Positions 30,692 to 41,221 of a DNA stretch of 64,000 nucleotides are shown piece by piece. The notes beneath the pieces are model-generated. The model was not told where the DNA came from and did no database searches. It worked only from the letters and a program-made list of their open reading frames with translations. Each line of letters opens with the position of its first letter. Positions within the stretch are counted from its first letter, which is position 1. Location of the stretch: assembly GCA_963796685.1 (NCBI GenBank), contig CAWCMR010000011.1, positions 160,001 to 224,000 of the forward strand. Direction: 5' to 3'. A program made the translations under genes and the position numbers. Origin of the DNA: an uncultured delta proteobacterium. Lineage in GTDB: Bacteria > Myxococcota_A > Polyangia > Fen-1088.

Positions 30692-31888
30692 ATGCGAACG
30701 ATCCGGACCTCGCGACAGCGCGTTTGGCAGCGGTCCTTGGTTTTGATGGCCTCCGCCGGTATCGCATGTAGCTCGTCGGGTACGCAATCGGGCTCGCAAG
30801 GTACCGGAGGGGGATCGAGCTCGGGTGGCTTGGGGGGCAATGGCGGCGCAACTGGAAGCAGCGGTGGAGCCGGGAGCGGTGGTGGAGTGGGGAGCGGCGG
30901 ATTCGGAAGCGGTGGCGGTGGCGGTGGTGGCATCGGGACCGGCGGTGGCATCGGGACCGGCGGCGCGACTGGAACAGGTGGTAAGACCGGAACGGGTGGC
31001 GTTGCAGGAAGCGGCGGTGTTGTCGGAAGCGGCGGTGCTGTCGGAACTGGCGGCGTCGTCGGCTCCGGCGGTGTTGCGAGCGGTGGTGTCGTGGGAACGG
31101 GTGGCAAGAGTGGCAACGGGGGCGGCTCCGGAACCGGGGGTGGCTCCGGCGCAGGCGCGAAACCCAGCGCAGGCTGCAACGCGGCCACCACCCCGGCCGG
31201 CGGTCACGCCACCATCGACGTATCGGGCACCACCCGCGAGTACATCCTCACCCTTCCGGCCAACTATGATTCGAGCCATCCCTACCGCCTCATCCTCGCC
31301 TTTCACGGACGTCAGTACGACGCCCAATCGGTCGCGGATGGCGGCCCGCCAGGCAGCGGCCCTTACTACGGTATCCAGGCCGAGGCCAAGGACACTGCGA
31401 TCTTCGTCGCCCCGCAGGCAACCAGCTCGAGTTGGAGCAGCAGTGATGTGGCCTACGTCAAAGCGATGGTCGCTCTCTTCGAGTCCCAGTTGTGCATCGA
31501 CCAGAACCGCGTCTTCGCGACCGGGTTCAGCATGGGCGCCATCATGACCATTACCCTCGGGTGCGGCGTCGCGGATGTCTTTCGCGCCATTGCGCCCATG
31601 TCGGGAGAGATCTCGGGGACCTGCAGCGGCACGCAGCCCATCGCCTACTGGGCCTCGCACGGCACGAGCGATCCGACCATCAACATTTCCCTTGGGGAAG
31701 CCGCCCGCGACGCCTTCGTGACCCGCAACCACTGCACCACCCAGACCGTCGCCGGCAGCCCCGCGGGCTGCGTGAGCTACCAGGGCTGCGACGCCGGCTA
31801 CCCCGTCACGTGGTGTCCCTTCGACGGTGTGCACGAGCCCGCGCCCTTTGCCGGCACGGCCATCTGGGCGTTCCTTTCGCAATTCTAG
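30692..31888 (+). CDS. Gly-linker lipoprotein with alpha/beta-hydrolase (CE1 feruloyl esterase / PHB depolymerase-like) domain
   Basis: Lipobox GIACSS, REYILTLPANYD, LAFHG, nucleophile GFSMGA, HGTSD, FDGVH. Confidence 0.82.
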   Translation: MRTIRTSRQRVWQRSLVLMASAGIACSSSGTQSGSQGTGGGSSSGGLGGNGGATGSSGGAGSGGGVGSGGFGSGGGGGGGIGTGGGIGTGGATGTGGKTGTGGVAGSGGVVGSGGAVGTGGVVGSGGVASGGVVGTGGKSGNGGGSGTGGGSGAGAKPSAGCNAATTPAGGHATIDVSGTTREYILTLPANYDSSHPYRLILAFHGRQYDAQSVADGGPPGSGPYYGIQAEAKDTAIFVAPQATSSSWSSSDVAYVKAMVALFESQLCIDQNRVFATGFSMGAIMTITLGCGVADVFRAIAPMSGEISGTCSGTQPIAYWASHGTSDPTINISLGEAARDAFVTRNHCTTQTVAGSPAGCVSYQGCDAGYPVTWCPFDGVHEPAPFAGTAIWAFLSQF

Positions 31889-32647
31889 CTAGAGCTTGTC
31901 GGGAAATTCACGGGGCCAATCGCGATGTCGGGCCATCCCACGCCGCCAGCGCTGCCAACTTCCCGATTTTTCTCGTAGGGGACCACTCCCGCCCGTTTTC
32001 CGCTCATGCCTCCAGGGCAATCCCCTTCTTTCCGGCAACGCCCCGATACAACTTGGTGAGGTTCAGCCCAAGCACAGCTCGTTGGCCGCAGAGGCCCATC
32101 ATCGCGGTTGAGCGTGCCGCTGGGCGGTTGAATCCGTATTTGGAGCACTTGATGGTGCCAATCGACCCTTCGACCATCGCGCGCTCCCTGACGAGCCGGT
32201 CCTTCACCTTGCCCTCGACCTCCCACGGCGTCCGTTCCCGGGGAGCCAAGCCAATATCGCGAACGCCAAGCTTGCCGAGGCGCTCCACGTTCTCTCTGCT
32301 GTACCCACCACGGTCGTAGGCATAGGCACCTATTGGCTCTGCTTGACCGCTTGTGCGCCATGCTCACCCGGTTGGCTCACATGGCAGACCGGCCTTCCGG
32401 TTCAGCCCAGATCGGCCAGCGTGAGCGGTCGCGGTAGCGTGAGCGCCCAGCGTGTCGCGGCTCGCGTGCGCGATTTGCGTGAGCGTGCGCGGCCCGCGAC
32501 CCGCGGAGCGCTCCCGCCTATCGCACCACGCTTTTCGCCTGTCGCGTGCCGCCCACGAACACGCTCACCCTCACGCTCACGCGGCCCGCAAGCCGCTAGC
32601 CGCGGGCCGGCCCTTCGGGCGGCCCGCAATTACCCGACAAGCTCTAG
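31889..32647. mobile_element. Internally deleted IS5-like insertion sequence
   Basis: Terminal inverted repeats ctagagcttgtcgggaaatt (31889-31908) and aattacccgacaagctctag (32628-32647), one mismatch, CTAG at both ends; transposase remnant inside. Confidence 0.8.
32004..32361 (-). pseudogene. DDE transposase remnant (IS5-like)
   Basis: MAHKRSSRA start joined out of frame to AYAYDRGGYS...RERAMVEGSIGTIKCSKYGFNRP...LNL C-terminus. Confidence 0.7.
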
Positions 32648-32702
32648 ATATTTCCGTTCCAGTACCGCCGCCGGGCCGATGGCCCGGATCCTTTACGCAT
32701 GA

Positions 32703-32890
32703 AACGTGCCCCTCACCCGCCTCGCTGCGCTCGGCGACCTCTTCCCGCTCCGCTCCGCTGCGCGGGGCGAGGTGGTTTCAGGTCAGCCCTGCGGGCACCT
32801 CGGGTCCTGCACACCCTCTCCCTGGCCCCGCGGCTTCGCCGCGCCCTCGCCCGCTTCACTCCGCTACGCGGGGCGAGGTATTTCAGGGCA
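32703..32890. repeat. REP-like doublet (empty form)
   Basis: Two palindromes ending in gcggggcgagg separated by a short spacer; halves match 9407-9484 and 10176-10262. Confidence 0.7.
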
Positions 32891-32949
32891 GACCTGACAC
32901 CTTTCCACGCCGGACGCACGCAGCCCATCGGAACATCGGAACGATGACG

Positions 32950-33036
32950 GGTGGTCGTGGACGTAGACGGCTTACCGTGGTCGTGGCCGTGGCCGTGGCA
33001 ATTGCAACCGGCCACGACCACGACCACGACCACGAC
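32950..33036. repeat. (GTGGYC)n/(CACGAC)n inverted microsatellite hairpin
   Basis: gtggtcgtggccgtggccgtgg...ccacgaccacgaccacgaccacgac. Confidence 0.6.
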
Positions 33037-33075
33037 CTTCTGCGGCTATCGCGGGATTGGGGGTATATTCAACGG

Positions 33076-34596
<1,521 letters not shown>

Positions 34597-34707
34597 GAGG
34601 GCTGGCTGGGCCGAAAAGGCACGGTTTGCCGTGAAGCCTTTTCCCGGAGCAAGCGCCCGAAGCGCGCTTGCTGACTGCGCACACCGGCCAATGGCGCCCG
34701 GGCGGGT

Positions 34708-34722
34708 TGGCACCGGGTTTGC
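34708..34722 (+). promoter_or_regulatory. Sigma54 (-24/-12) promoter
   Basis: TGGCAC-CGGGT-TTGC, exact consensus, ending 15 bp upstream of the ATG at 34738. Confidence 0.7.
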
Positions 34723-34737
34723 GATAGGGCTAGGGTC

Positions 34738-35814
34738 ATGCGTCTCGAATCCGCCATCGTGCTGGTCTTGCTGGTGGGCTGCGAGCAAGGCCCGCCGCCG
34801 TTCGAGGAGCTGCCGCTGCGGGATGCGCTGCACGCCGATCCCGACGTGGTGGCTTCGTTGTCGGACAGCGCACGCGTGACACTGGCCGCACGCTTCGAGG
34901 CCGCGCGAGCAAAGGACGACCGCACCGACGAGGTTGCGACCGGCGAAGCGGGCTTACCCATCGCCATGGTGGCGGCGCTCGATGGCGTGCGCGTGCGCCG
35001 CAAGGCCGAGCCTTTGGCGGTGGGGATCTTGAGCAACGGAGCGGCGTGGTCCGTCCGGGAGCGCGCGTATCCGTCCCACGCGCCGGGGCTGCCGCCCATC
35101 GAGGGCACGCGCGCGGCGGCGACGGCGACCATGGAGGAAAGGTCTCTTCAGGGCGAGGCTGGCGCGGCGTTGCGTGCCCTCTTGGTCGCGTCCGGAGCCC
35201 ATCGTCTGTATCGCGTGGTCGGTTGGCCGGCGGGCGCGGTGGCCATCGAGGATACGGTCTATGTGAACGGGTCCTGGTTGGTCAGCCTGGCTCCTGCCGG
35301 CGCGGACGGAGGAGCTGCCGACGGAGCGGCCGAGCCCGGCATCGCGGCGGCTGGTGGTGTTCCCAACAGCGCAGCCGGCGCTGCCTCGCCTGGTGGAATC
35401 GCACCCGCGCATGTCGCACCCGTCGAGATCCTTCGTGGCGCCCTGACCTCGGCGAGTCGTGGCGACGCTGGCGTCGTGCAGCAGCCTTCAGGCGCCGCTC
35501 CTCAATCGTCGTCGTCCGGCGACGTCGCCGACTCGTGTGCCACGTGTGCCGCCGGTTGCGACACCGGGGATGGCGAGTCTTGCGACAGCGGCGACGATTC
35601 GTGCTCGAGCCCGAGCGATGACAGCTACGACGGCGGCGGCGATCCCTGCGCCACTGCCAGCGACGATGGTGGTGGCGATGCCTGTGCCGGCGCCGGCGAC
35701 GGTACGGACGCCGCCAGTTGTCAGCTCTCCCGTGGCGGCAGGCACGGGAGCTCCGGAACCCGGATGTGGCTGCTTGCGCCCCTGGTCTTTCTGCTGTTGC
35801 GGAGACGACCGTGA
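34738..35814 (+). CDS. Hypothetical lipoprotein with Asp/Cys-rich region and MYXO-CTERM-like tail
   Basis: Lipobox LLVGC; C-terminal SCQLS...MWLLAPLVFLLLRRRP. Confidence 0.7.
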   Translation: MRLESAIVLVLLVGCEQGPPPFEELPLRDALHADPDVVASLSDSARVTLAARFEAARAKDDRTDEVATGEAGLPIAMVAALDGVRVRRKAEPLAVGILSNGAAWSVRERAYPSHAPGLPPIEGTRAAATATMEERSLQGEAGAALRALLVASGAHRLYRVVGWPAGAVAIEDTVYVNGSWLVSLAPAGADGGAADGAAEPGIAAAGGVPNSAAGAASPGGIAPAHVAPVEILRGALTSASRGDAGVVQQPSGAAPQSSSSGDVADSCATCAAGCDTGDGESCDSGDDSCSSPSDDSYDGGGDPCATASDDGGGDACAGAGDGTDAASCQLSRGGRHGSSGTRMWLLAPLVFLLLRRRP

Positions 35815-36650
35815 GACCGTGGGCGGTTGCCTGGGTGTTGCAGCGGGGGTTGCCGGGTTGGCTCGTTCCCGATTACTTCAAGCTTGCGGTCATCGCGGCG
35901 CTGGCCGCGTCGGTTATCGCTCTTCGCCTGGCCGCGCACGACCGCGCGTCGGCATTGAACACCGCGCGCGCCATTGCCTGCGCGTACGTGGGCGCCCTGG
36001 CGGGCGGGTACGTGTTCGAGGCGGCGCGGGCGCTGCCCCTGGCGCTGGCCTCGGGCGTGTGGCGTCCCGTCCTGCATCCGGGGCGGGCCGCCTATGGCGG
36101 ATTGCTCGGCGCCAGCGGGGCGGCCGCGCTTTACTTGGCGGCCACCCGGCAACCCATCGTCGCGTTCTTCGACCGCATCGCCGTGGGGACGGGGCTCAGC
36201 TTCACATTCGTTCGCACCGGCTGTTTTCTCGCTGGTTGCGACTACGGCCTTCCCACGGCGCACGCCTGGGGCGTTCGCTTTCCACCCGGCAGTCTGGCCG
36301 CGCTGGATCATGCCCGCCGCGGCTTCATCCCACGGGGCGCGCCCAGCCTGCCCGTTCATCCCACGCAACTCTACGAAGCCGCTTTAGGCCTGGTGGCCGC
36401 TGCGCTGGCGGCCTTGGTGCTCGCGCGCGGGCGACGCAACGGCCGCGCGTTCTCGCTCGTCCTCGCTGTCTATGCCGCCGGCCGCTTCGCCATCGAATTC
36501 TGGCGTGGCGATCGGGATCGCGGACACGCCCTCGGCCTGTCGACCGCGCAATGGGTGTCGGTGGCGATCGGACTGGCGCTGCTTGTACTGGTGGTGCGTC
36601 GCCGGACCAGCCATATTGGTCGAACGGGCCAATCCTTCAGGACCTCTTGA
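35811..36650 (+). CDS. lgt: Prolipoprotein diacylglyceryl transferase family protein
   Basis: YGGLLG, RTGCFLAGCDYG, HPTQLYE, RFAIEFWRGD; GTGA overlap with the upstream gene. Confidence 0.82.
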   Translation: MRPWAVAWVLQRGLPGWLVPDYFKLAVIAALAASVIALRLAAHDRASALNTARAIACAYVGALAGGYVFEAARALPLALASGVWRPVLHPGRAAYGGLLGASGAAALYLAATRQPIVAFFDRIAVGTGLSFTFVRTGCFLAGCDYGLPTAHAWGVRFPPGSLAALDHARRGFIPRGAPSLPVHPTQLYEAALGLVAAALAALVLARGRRNGRAFSLVLAVYAAGRFAIEFWRGDRDRGHALGLSTAQWVSVAIGLALLVLVVRRRTSHIGRTGQSFRTS

Positions 36651-36730
36651 GATGCAAGTCCCTGAATATGCTTGTGCTTCACAAGTGGCGCGATTGTTAC
36701 TGTGGCAGTGCTCGGGGTCAACATGGTCAT

Positions 36731-37357
36731 CTAGTAAGGCCCCCGATTGAGCTCCCTCCATCGCTTTTGCGCGCCCACGAGTACGACGGCGATACCACCC
36801 AACTCGAAAATCCAGTTCAGCTTGAAGCTGAGGACTCGCTCGTTGAGCAGGCGGTCGATGTGGTGGAAAGACGAAGCGCGAATGAGCACGAAGATACCGA
36901 TGATGATGAGTCCAAGCCCCGCGAGTTTGGTGGATGCAGGAAGCGCTCTCGCGATGAAGAACATGAGCGTGGCCAAGACCGGCAAGCAAATCGCCATGGT
37001 CGCGATGAAGGCGACCTGAAACTTGAAGCGGATGCCGTACCAGCCCTCTGCCTTGGCGCGACCGCGCAGGAATTCCGTCATCGCGGTTTGCAGGTCGAGT
37101 TGCTTGTTGAGGCATAGAAAAAGTAGAACGCCAAAAATGACGCTCCAGAATCGCCTTTCCTCGCGCCTGATGCCGTCCGCCTGCGCGGAAAAACGGCCCC
37201 GTAGCCGGTAGCAAGACCACGTCGCGGTTGCGTAGGCCACCACGGTGAACCACCCCAAAAACGTGGGATCGCCGATACCAGGGGACCAATTTCCGACCCA
37301 ACCTGATCCCTCTGGCAGTGTGAAATCGACAGCGGCGAGCACGACAGCGGACACCAT
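36731..37357 (-). CDS. Conserved hypothetical membrane protein
   Basis: WSPGIGDPTFLGWFTVVAY, LNKQLDLQT, IRASSFHHID; about five TM helices. Confidence 0.75.
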   Translation of the reverse strand: MVSAVVLAAVDFTLPEGSGWVGNWSPGIGDPTFLGWFTVVAYATATWSCYRLRGRFSAQADGIRREERRFWSVIFGVLLFLCLNKQLDLQTAMTEFLRGRAKAEGWYGIRFKFQVAFIATMAICLPVLATLMFFIARALPASTKLAGLGLIIIGIFVLIRASSFHHIDRLLNERVLSFKLNWIFELGGIAVVLVGAQKRWRELNRGPY

Positions 37358-37510
37358 GACGGCTATTTACCCCGTCCTCTTCGAAAAGGCCGCACTGGTC
37401 AGATCGCCTCCGTGCGGCGATCCAACCCTTTGGGCGTGCCGCTCTGAAGCAACTGGCTGCGCTCTGCGACTTCGAGCAGCACAGCCGGTTGCGGCGGCGA
37501 TGATGGAAGC

Positions 37511-38653
37511 CTACTGCAGCTTCGCGGCGATGTTCTCGAGCAGCGTGGCGAGCTCGGCGCGATCGGCATCGCGTCCGGATTGCGCCGCGGCGATGGAGCG
37601 GATGGTGGGCACCAGGGTCTTGTCGGCGTACGGGCTGGTCTTGAGGATCTCGGCCAGCGCGGCCACCGCCGTCGCCCATTGCATGTCGGCGTCGGCAGCC
37701 GAAAGCTCTTCGGACAGCAGGGCGCTGGGCAGCGTGGTCGACATCTCGATGGCCGGCGTGGTGTCCACGGCGTCGACGGTCTTGTAGCGGACCTTGACCA
37801 GCACGAAGTCGTCGGCGCCGACCTCACGCGGCAGCGTCGAGGGCTCGCCGTCGTCGGGAACCGGCGCGCCGGCCGTCATGGGCACGGTGCCGCCGGCGAG
37901 CACGAGCTCGTAGAGCGCGGTCACGCGGTGGCCGGCCCCGACCTCGCCGGCGTCGACCGCGTCGTTGCGGAAGCTCTGGTCGGCGATGGCCCGATCTTCG
38001 TAGCCGAGCAGGCGGTAGGCCAGCACCCTGTCCGGGTTGAGCTCGACCTGCAACTTCATGTCCTTGGCCACGTGGGTGATGGTCGAGAGAATCTTCTCCG
38101 CCGCGTACTTCTGCGCCGAGGCCTCGTCAATGATCACGCTGTAGATGCCGTTTCCGGCATCGGCCACCTGCTCCATCATGGCGTCGTTGAGATTTCCGCT
38201 GCCGAACCCGAGCACGGTCAGGGTCACGCCGGTCGCCCGCTCCGAGCGAATAAGGCTGAGCAGCTCGGCGGTGGAGGACGGCCCCACGTTGAAATCGCCA
38301 TCGGTGCACATCACGATGTGGTTGATGCCGCCCGCGATGAATCCCGCCGTGGCCTGGGCATAGGCCAGGCCGATGCCGTCCTCCCCGGCCGTGCTGCCGC
38401 TGGCCGACAGGGCGGCCACCGCGGCGGCTATGTTGGCGCGCTTCTCCATCGAGGTCGGGGGCAGCACGACTTGCGCCGTGGTCGAGTACGTCACCAGGGA
38501 CTCGTGATCGCTGTCGTCCAGCTGGTCCAGCGTGGCCAGGATCGTCTCCTTGATCAGCGGCAGCTTGTTCGAGTCGGCCATGCTGCCCGAAACGTCGAGC
38601 AGGAAGACCAGATTGGTGGCCTTCTTGACGAAGGGGGGCGGCAGCGCAGCCAC
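37511..38653 (-). CDS. YfbK-like vWA / DUF3520 protein, 5'-truncated
   Basis: NLVFLLDVSGSM (MIDAS), TDGDFNVG, YRLLGYE, DAGEVGAGH.VTALYE; the usual N-terminal part is absent. Confidence 0.75.
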   Translation of the reverse strand: MAALPPPFVKKATNLVFLLDVSGSMADSNKLPLIKETILATLDQLDDSDHESLVTYSTTAQVVLPPTSMEKRANIAAAVAALSASGSTAGEDGIGLAYAQATAGFIAGGINHIVMCTDGDFNVGPSSTAELLSLIRSERATGVTLTVLGFGSGNLNDAMMEQVADAGNGIYSVIIDEASAQKYAAEKILSTITHVAKDMKLQVELNPDRVLAYRLLGYEDRAIADQSFRNDAVDAGEVGAGHRVTALYELVLAGGTVPMTAGAPVPDDGEPSTLPREVGADDFVLVKVRYKTVDAVDTTPAIEMSTTLPSALLSEELSAADADMQWATAVAALAEILKTSPYADKTLVPTIRSIAAAQSGRDADRAELATLLENIAAKLQ

Positions 38654-38964
38654 GGGTGGTTCCCGGATGCTTTGGCCAAGATCCAGAGGATCGAGGCGAC
38701 GTATTCAGGACACGTGTGTCGTGTTTGATGCCGCCCCACCAGAGGTTCTGGGACGAAGGCGGCAAGAAGATCGAGCGTGTGAGCGTCGGCGACAACATCG
38801 GAGTGCCCTGAGCGCTCGCACTTTGAAGGGTGGTTGGTCCGTGGTGCTGGTGAAAACCTGACAGATCCTGACCAAGAGCCGCACCAATGCTCGCGAAAAC
38901 ACGTCGAATCCTGGGCCTGCGGCTGGGGTCCCGGCCGGCACCCAAGTTGCACTTCGCCCGGCTC

Positions 38965-39531
38965 ATGCGAAGAACGGTTCTTGCCCTGTGCCCGCTTGCG
39001 GCTGTGCTCTTGTCGAGCCCGTTGGCGCGCGCCGGGGATCGCGTCCGCATCGGCGCGACCGCGACGCTCGCCAACGCCGGGTTTTTCAACGACCTGGGCG
39101 TCGCCACCTGGTCGCCGGGTGCCGATGTGCGAGTCGCCGTACCTCTAGCGGCTTGGACATCGCTGGGTTTGTCGGCGGGGTACCAGCACGTGGTCAGGGA
39201 GCGGCAGCTCGCGACCATCGGCGTCGCCCCTCGCGACGTGGGCCACCTGTGGCTGGAGTGGAGCGCCTATGCGCCACGGCTCGGCGGCCGCCTCGAGCTA
39301 GGCGGACGCCTGGCCCTCGGCCTTGCCCACGCGTTCACCCACGAGCTGACCGGCGGGCCGGCCGGGGCCATCTATGGGACCGCCACATACTGGGTCACGA
39401 GTTGGCTCGCCGGTGCCCTCGAGCTCGGCGGCGGCATGAGCATCTTCTCCACGACGAACGACCCGGATGGCGCCAAGCCCGAGGGACTTGGCCTGTCTTC
39501 CTTGAAGCTGGGCGTCCTTGCCCGCTTCTAG
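38965..39531 (+). CDS. Hypothetical exported protein, possible small outer-membrane beta-barrel
   Basis: Signal peptide ending ARA, amphipathic strands, C-terminal Phe (LGVLARF). Confidence 0.6.
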   Translation: MRRTVLALCPLAAVLLSSPLARAGDRVRIGATATLANAGFFNDLGVATWSPGADVRVAVPLAAWTSLGLSAGYQHVVRERQLATIGVAPRDVGHLWLEWSAYAPRLGGRLELGGRLALGLAHAFTHELTGGPAGAIYGTATYWVTSWLAGALELGGGMSIFSTTNDPDGAKPEGLGLSSLKLGVLARF

Positions 39532-39556
39532 TCGGCGATCGCTGGGCCCGGGTGTC

Positions 39557-39760
39557 CTACTTTCCGATCATCACGTCGGTGGATTTGACGATGGCGACGA
39601 CGGTGTCGCCGACCTTGAGAGACAGCCGGTCGATGGACGCGAGCGTGATGGTGGACGTGACGGTCTGACCGCCGATGTCCACCGCGACCTCGCCCATGAC
39701 GCTGCCGCGGACGATTTGCTTGACCGTTCCCCTGAGCTGGTTGCGCGCGCTGATTTCCAT
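39557..39760 (-). CDS. TOBE/Mop molybdate-binding protein
   Basis: MEISARNQLRGTV...STIT..S...L.LKVGD.V.AIVKSTDVMI. Confidence 0.9.
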   Translation of the reverse strand: MEISARNQLRGTVKQIVRGSVMGEVAVDIGGQTVTSTITLASIDRLSLKVGDTVVAIVKSTDVMIGK

Positions 39761-40158
39761 GACGTGAAAATCCCAGCCCGAGCCGTTCGAGTCAAGAGGC
39801 CGCGCGCGAGCGCGCAAGAGTTTACGGAACGGAAACGTGCGCCGCCGAGGACGCGACCCGCCGCCCGAGCAAACGCCGCTCGGACGCGGCCGACGTTTCT
39901 CGCCTGCTGGAAGAACACCGGAATTGGCGCGCGAGCTCCCCGGCGTGCGAGATCATCTCGCTCGGGTCGACGACATGATTCGGGGAAGGTAGGTAGCACG
40001 CGGCCAAGACGTGGAATCCCGGCTGTCTTCCGTAGTCCATAGACGGGGTTCGCGATGGGACAAACTGCGCCCACCCACTCTACTCACCTGCTTCTTCGAT
40101 GCCGCCTGTTCCTAAGAACGGATACCTACATGCCAATGTTAAGTGATAATAGACGAAC

Positions 40159-40635
40159 GTGTCCCAAGTCCGTTCCACTCCGAGCTTCGCAGGTTTGGCC
40201 CCGACTTCTGCTGGGGCCCGCGCGGCGGCGCGTGGATCGAGTCGGAAGCGCGATACCAAGTGCGAGCTCCTTCTTCGGCGTGAGCTCACTCGGCTGGGAT
40301 TGCGCTACCGGCTGACGACCTCGCTTCCCGGACGGCCGGATGTCGTCTTTCCCGGAGCCAAGGTCGCCGTGTTCTGCGATGGGGACTTCTGGCACGGCCG
40401 CAACCTTGACGAGCGGTTGAGCAGGCTCGAGCAGGGTCACAACGCTGCCTACTGGAGGGCCAAGATCAAAACGAACGTCGCGCGTGACTGCCGGGTCACG
40501 TCTGAGCTGGAGGCTGCCGGGTGGCTTGTGCTTCGCTTCTGGGAGGGTGACCTGAGGCGAAGCCCAGCCGAGCTCGCAACGCAGGTCGAGGCCGCAGTGT
40601 CAGCCCGAAGGTCAGGCCGGCAGTCTATCGAGTAG
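40159..40635 (+). CDS. vsr: Very short patch repair endonuclease
   Basis: DTKCE, LPGRPDVVF, VFCDGDFWHG, YWRAKIKTNVARD, GWLVLRFWE. Confidence 0.92.
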   Translation: MSQVRSTPSFAGLAPTSAGARAAARGSSRKRDTKCELLLRRELTRLGLRYRLTTSLPGRPDVVFPGAKVAVFCDGDFWHGRNLDERLSRLEQGHNAAYWRAKIKTNVARDCRVTSELEAAGWLVLRFWEGDLRRSPAELATQVEAAVSARRSGRQSIE

Positions 40636-41105
40636 CCTCGGGAGGTCGGCCTCCCATCCTGGTCCTGCGACAATCACGCGTGCCGATAGTCGACCGGGAC
40701 AGGTTCGGTGTGGTTCCAGAGAGGAGGTAAGGGAGAACTTGAATTCCCAGCGCTCAGTAATCGGGTGAAGGCAAGCGGCCAGCACCTCGAACTGGCTTCC
40801 TTCGTAGTATCGACTGCATGGATTGGATTTTGAGGCCCGCGTCTTTTGGAAATCTACGACGGGCCCATGCCGTACTTGATCTGGAACCTATGCTCGTCCG
40901 CCGGCCGCCCATCCTGTCGGTATTTGTTGGCTGTGAATGCGTAGCAGATCAGCTCGACAACGCGCCCGTCTGGAAAGGCGACCTTCAGCATGAAGGGCGC
41001 CAGCTTGGGATCCGGCCGTTCGATGACGCGCCCCCCGCTGGCCTCGATTGCGGCCTCAATTTGGGACACTACCGGCTCGCGTCGAATGACCGAATATCTC
41101 TCCAT
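40612..41105 (-). pseudogene. Internally deleted putative restriction endonuclease
   Basis: N-terminus ...YAFTANKY...RPADEHRFQIKYG joined out of frame at ~40865 to VVDFQKTRASKSNPCSRYYEGSQFEVLAACLH...LPA*; lies between vsr and the C5 MTase. Confidence 0.6.
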
Positions 41106-41221
41106 GCCGGGCGATCTTCGGGCGAGATGCCGAATAGGTCAAGTGACCGAGTGCAGCGGTTGGGACCTCCGCCGTAAACATGTACCGCGGAGCCCAATTC
41201 TACTAGACTACGACCTTCAGG

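Noticed and set aside
34615-34635. Second sigma54 promoter (ggcacggtttgc)
   Set aside because: GG-to-GC spacing is 2 bp too short; it is only a short cacgg/ccgtg palindrome.
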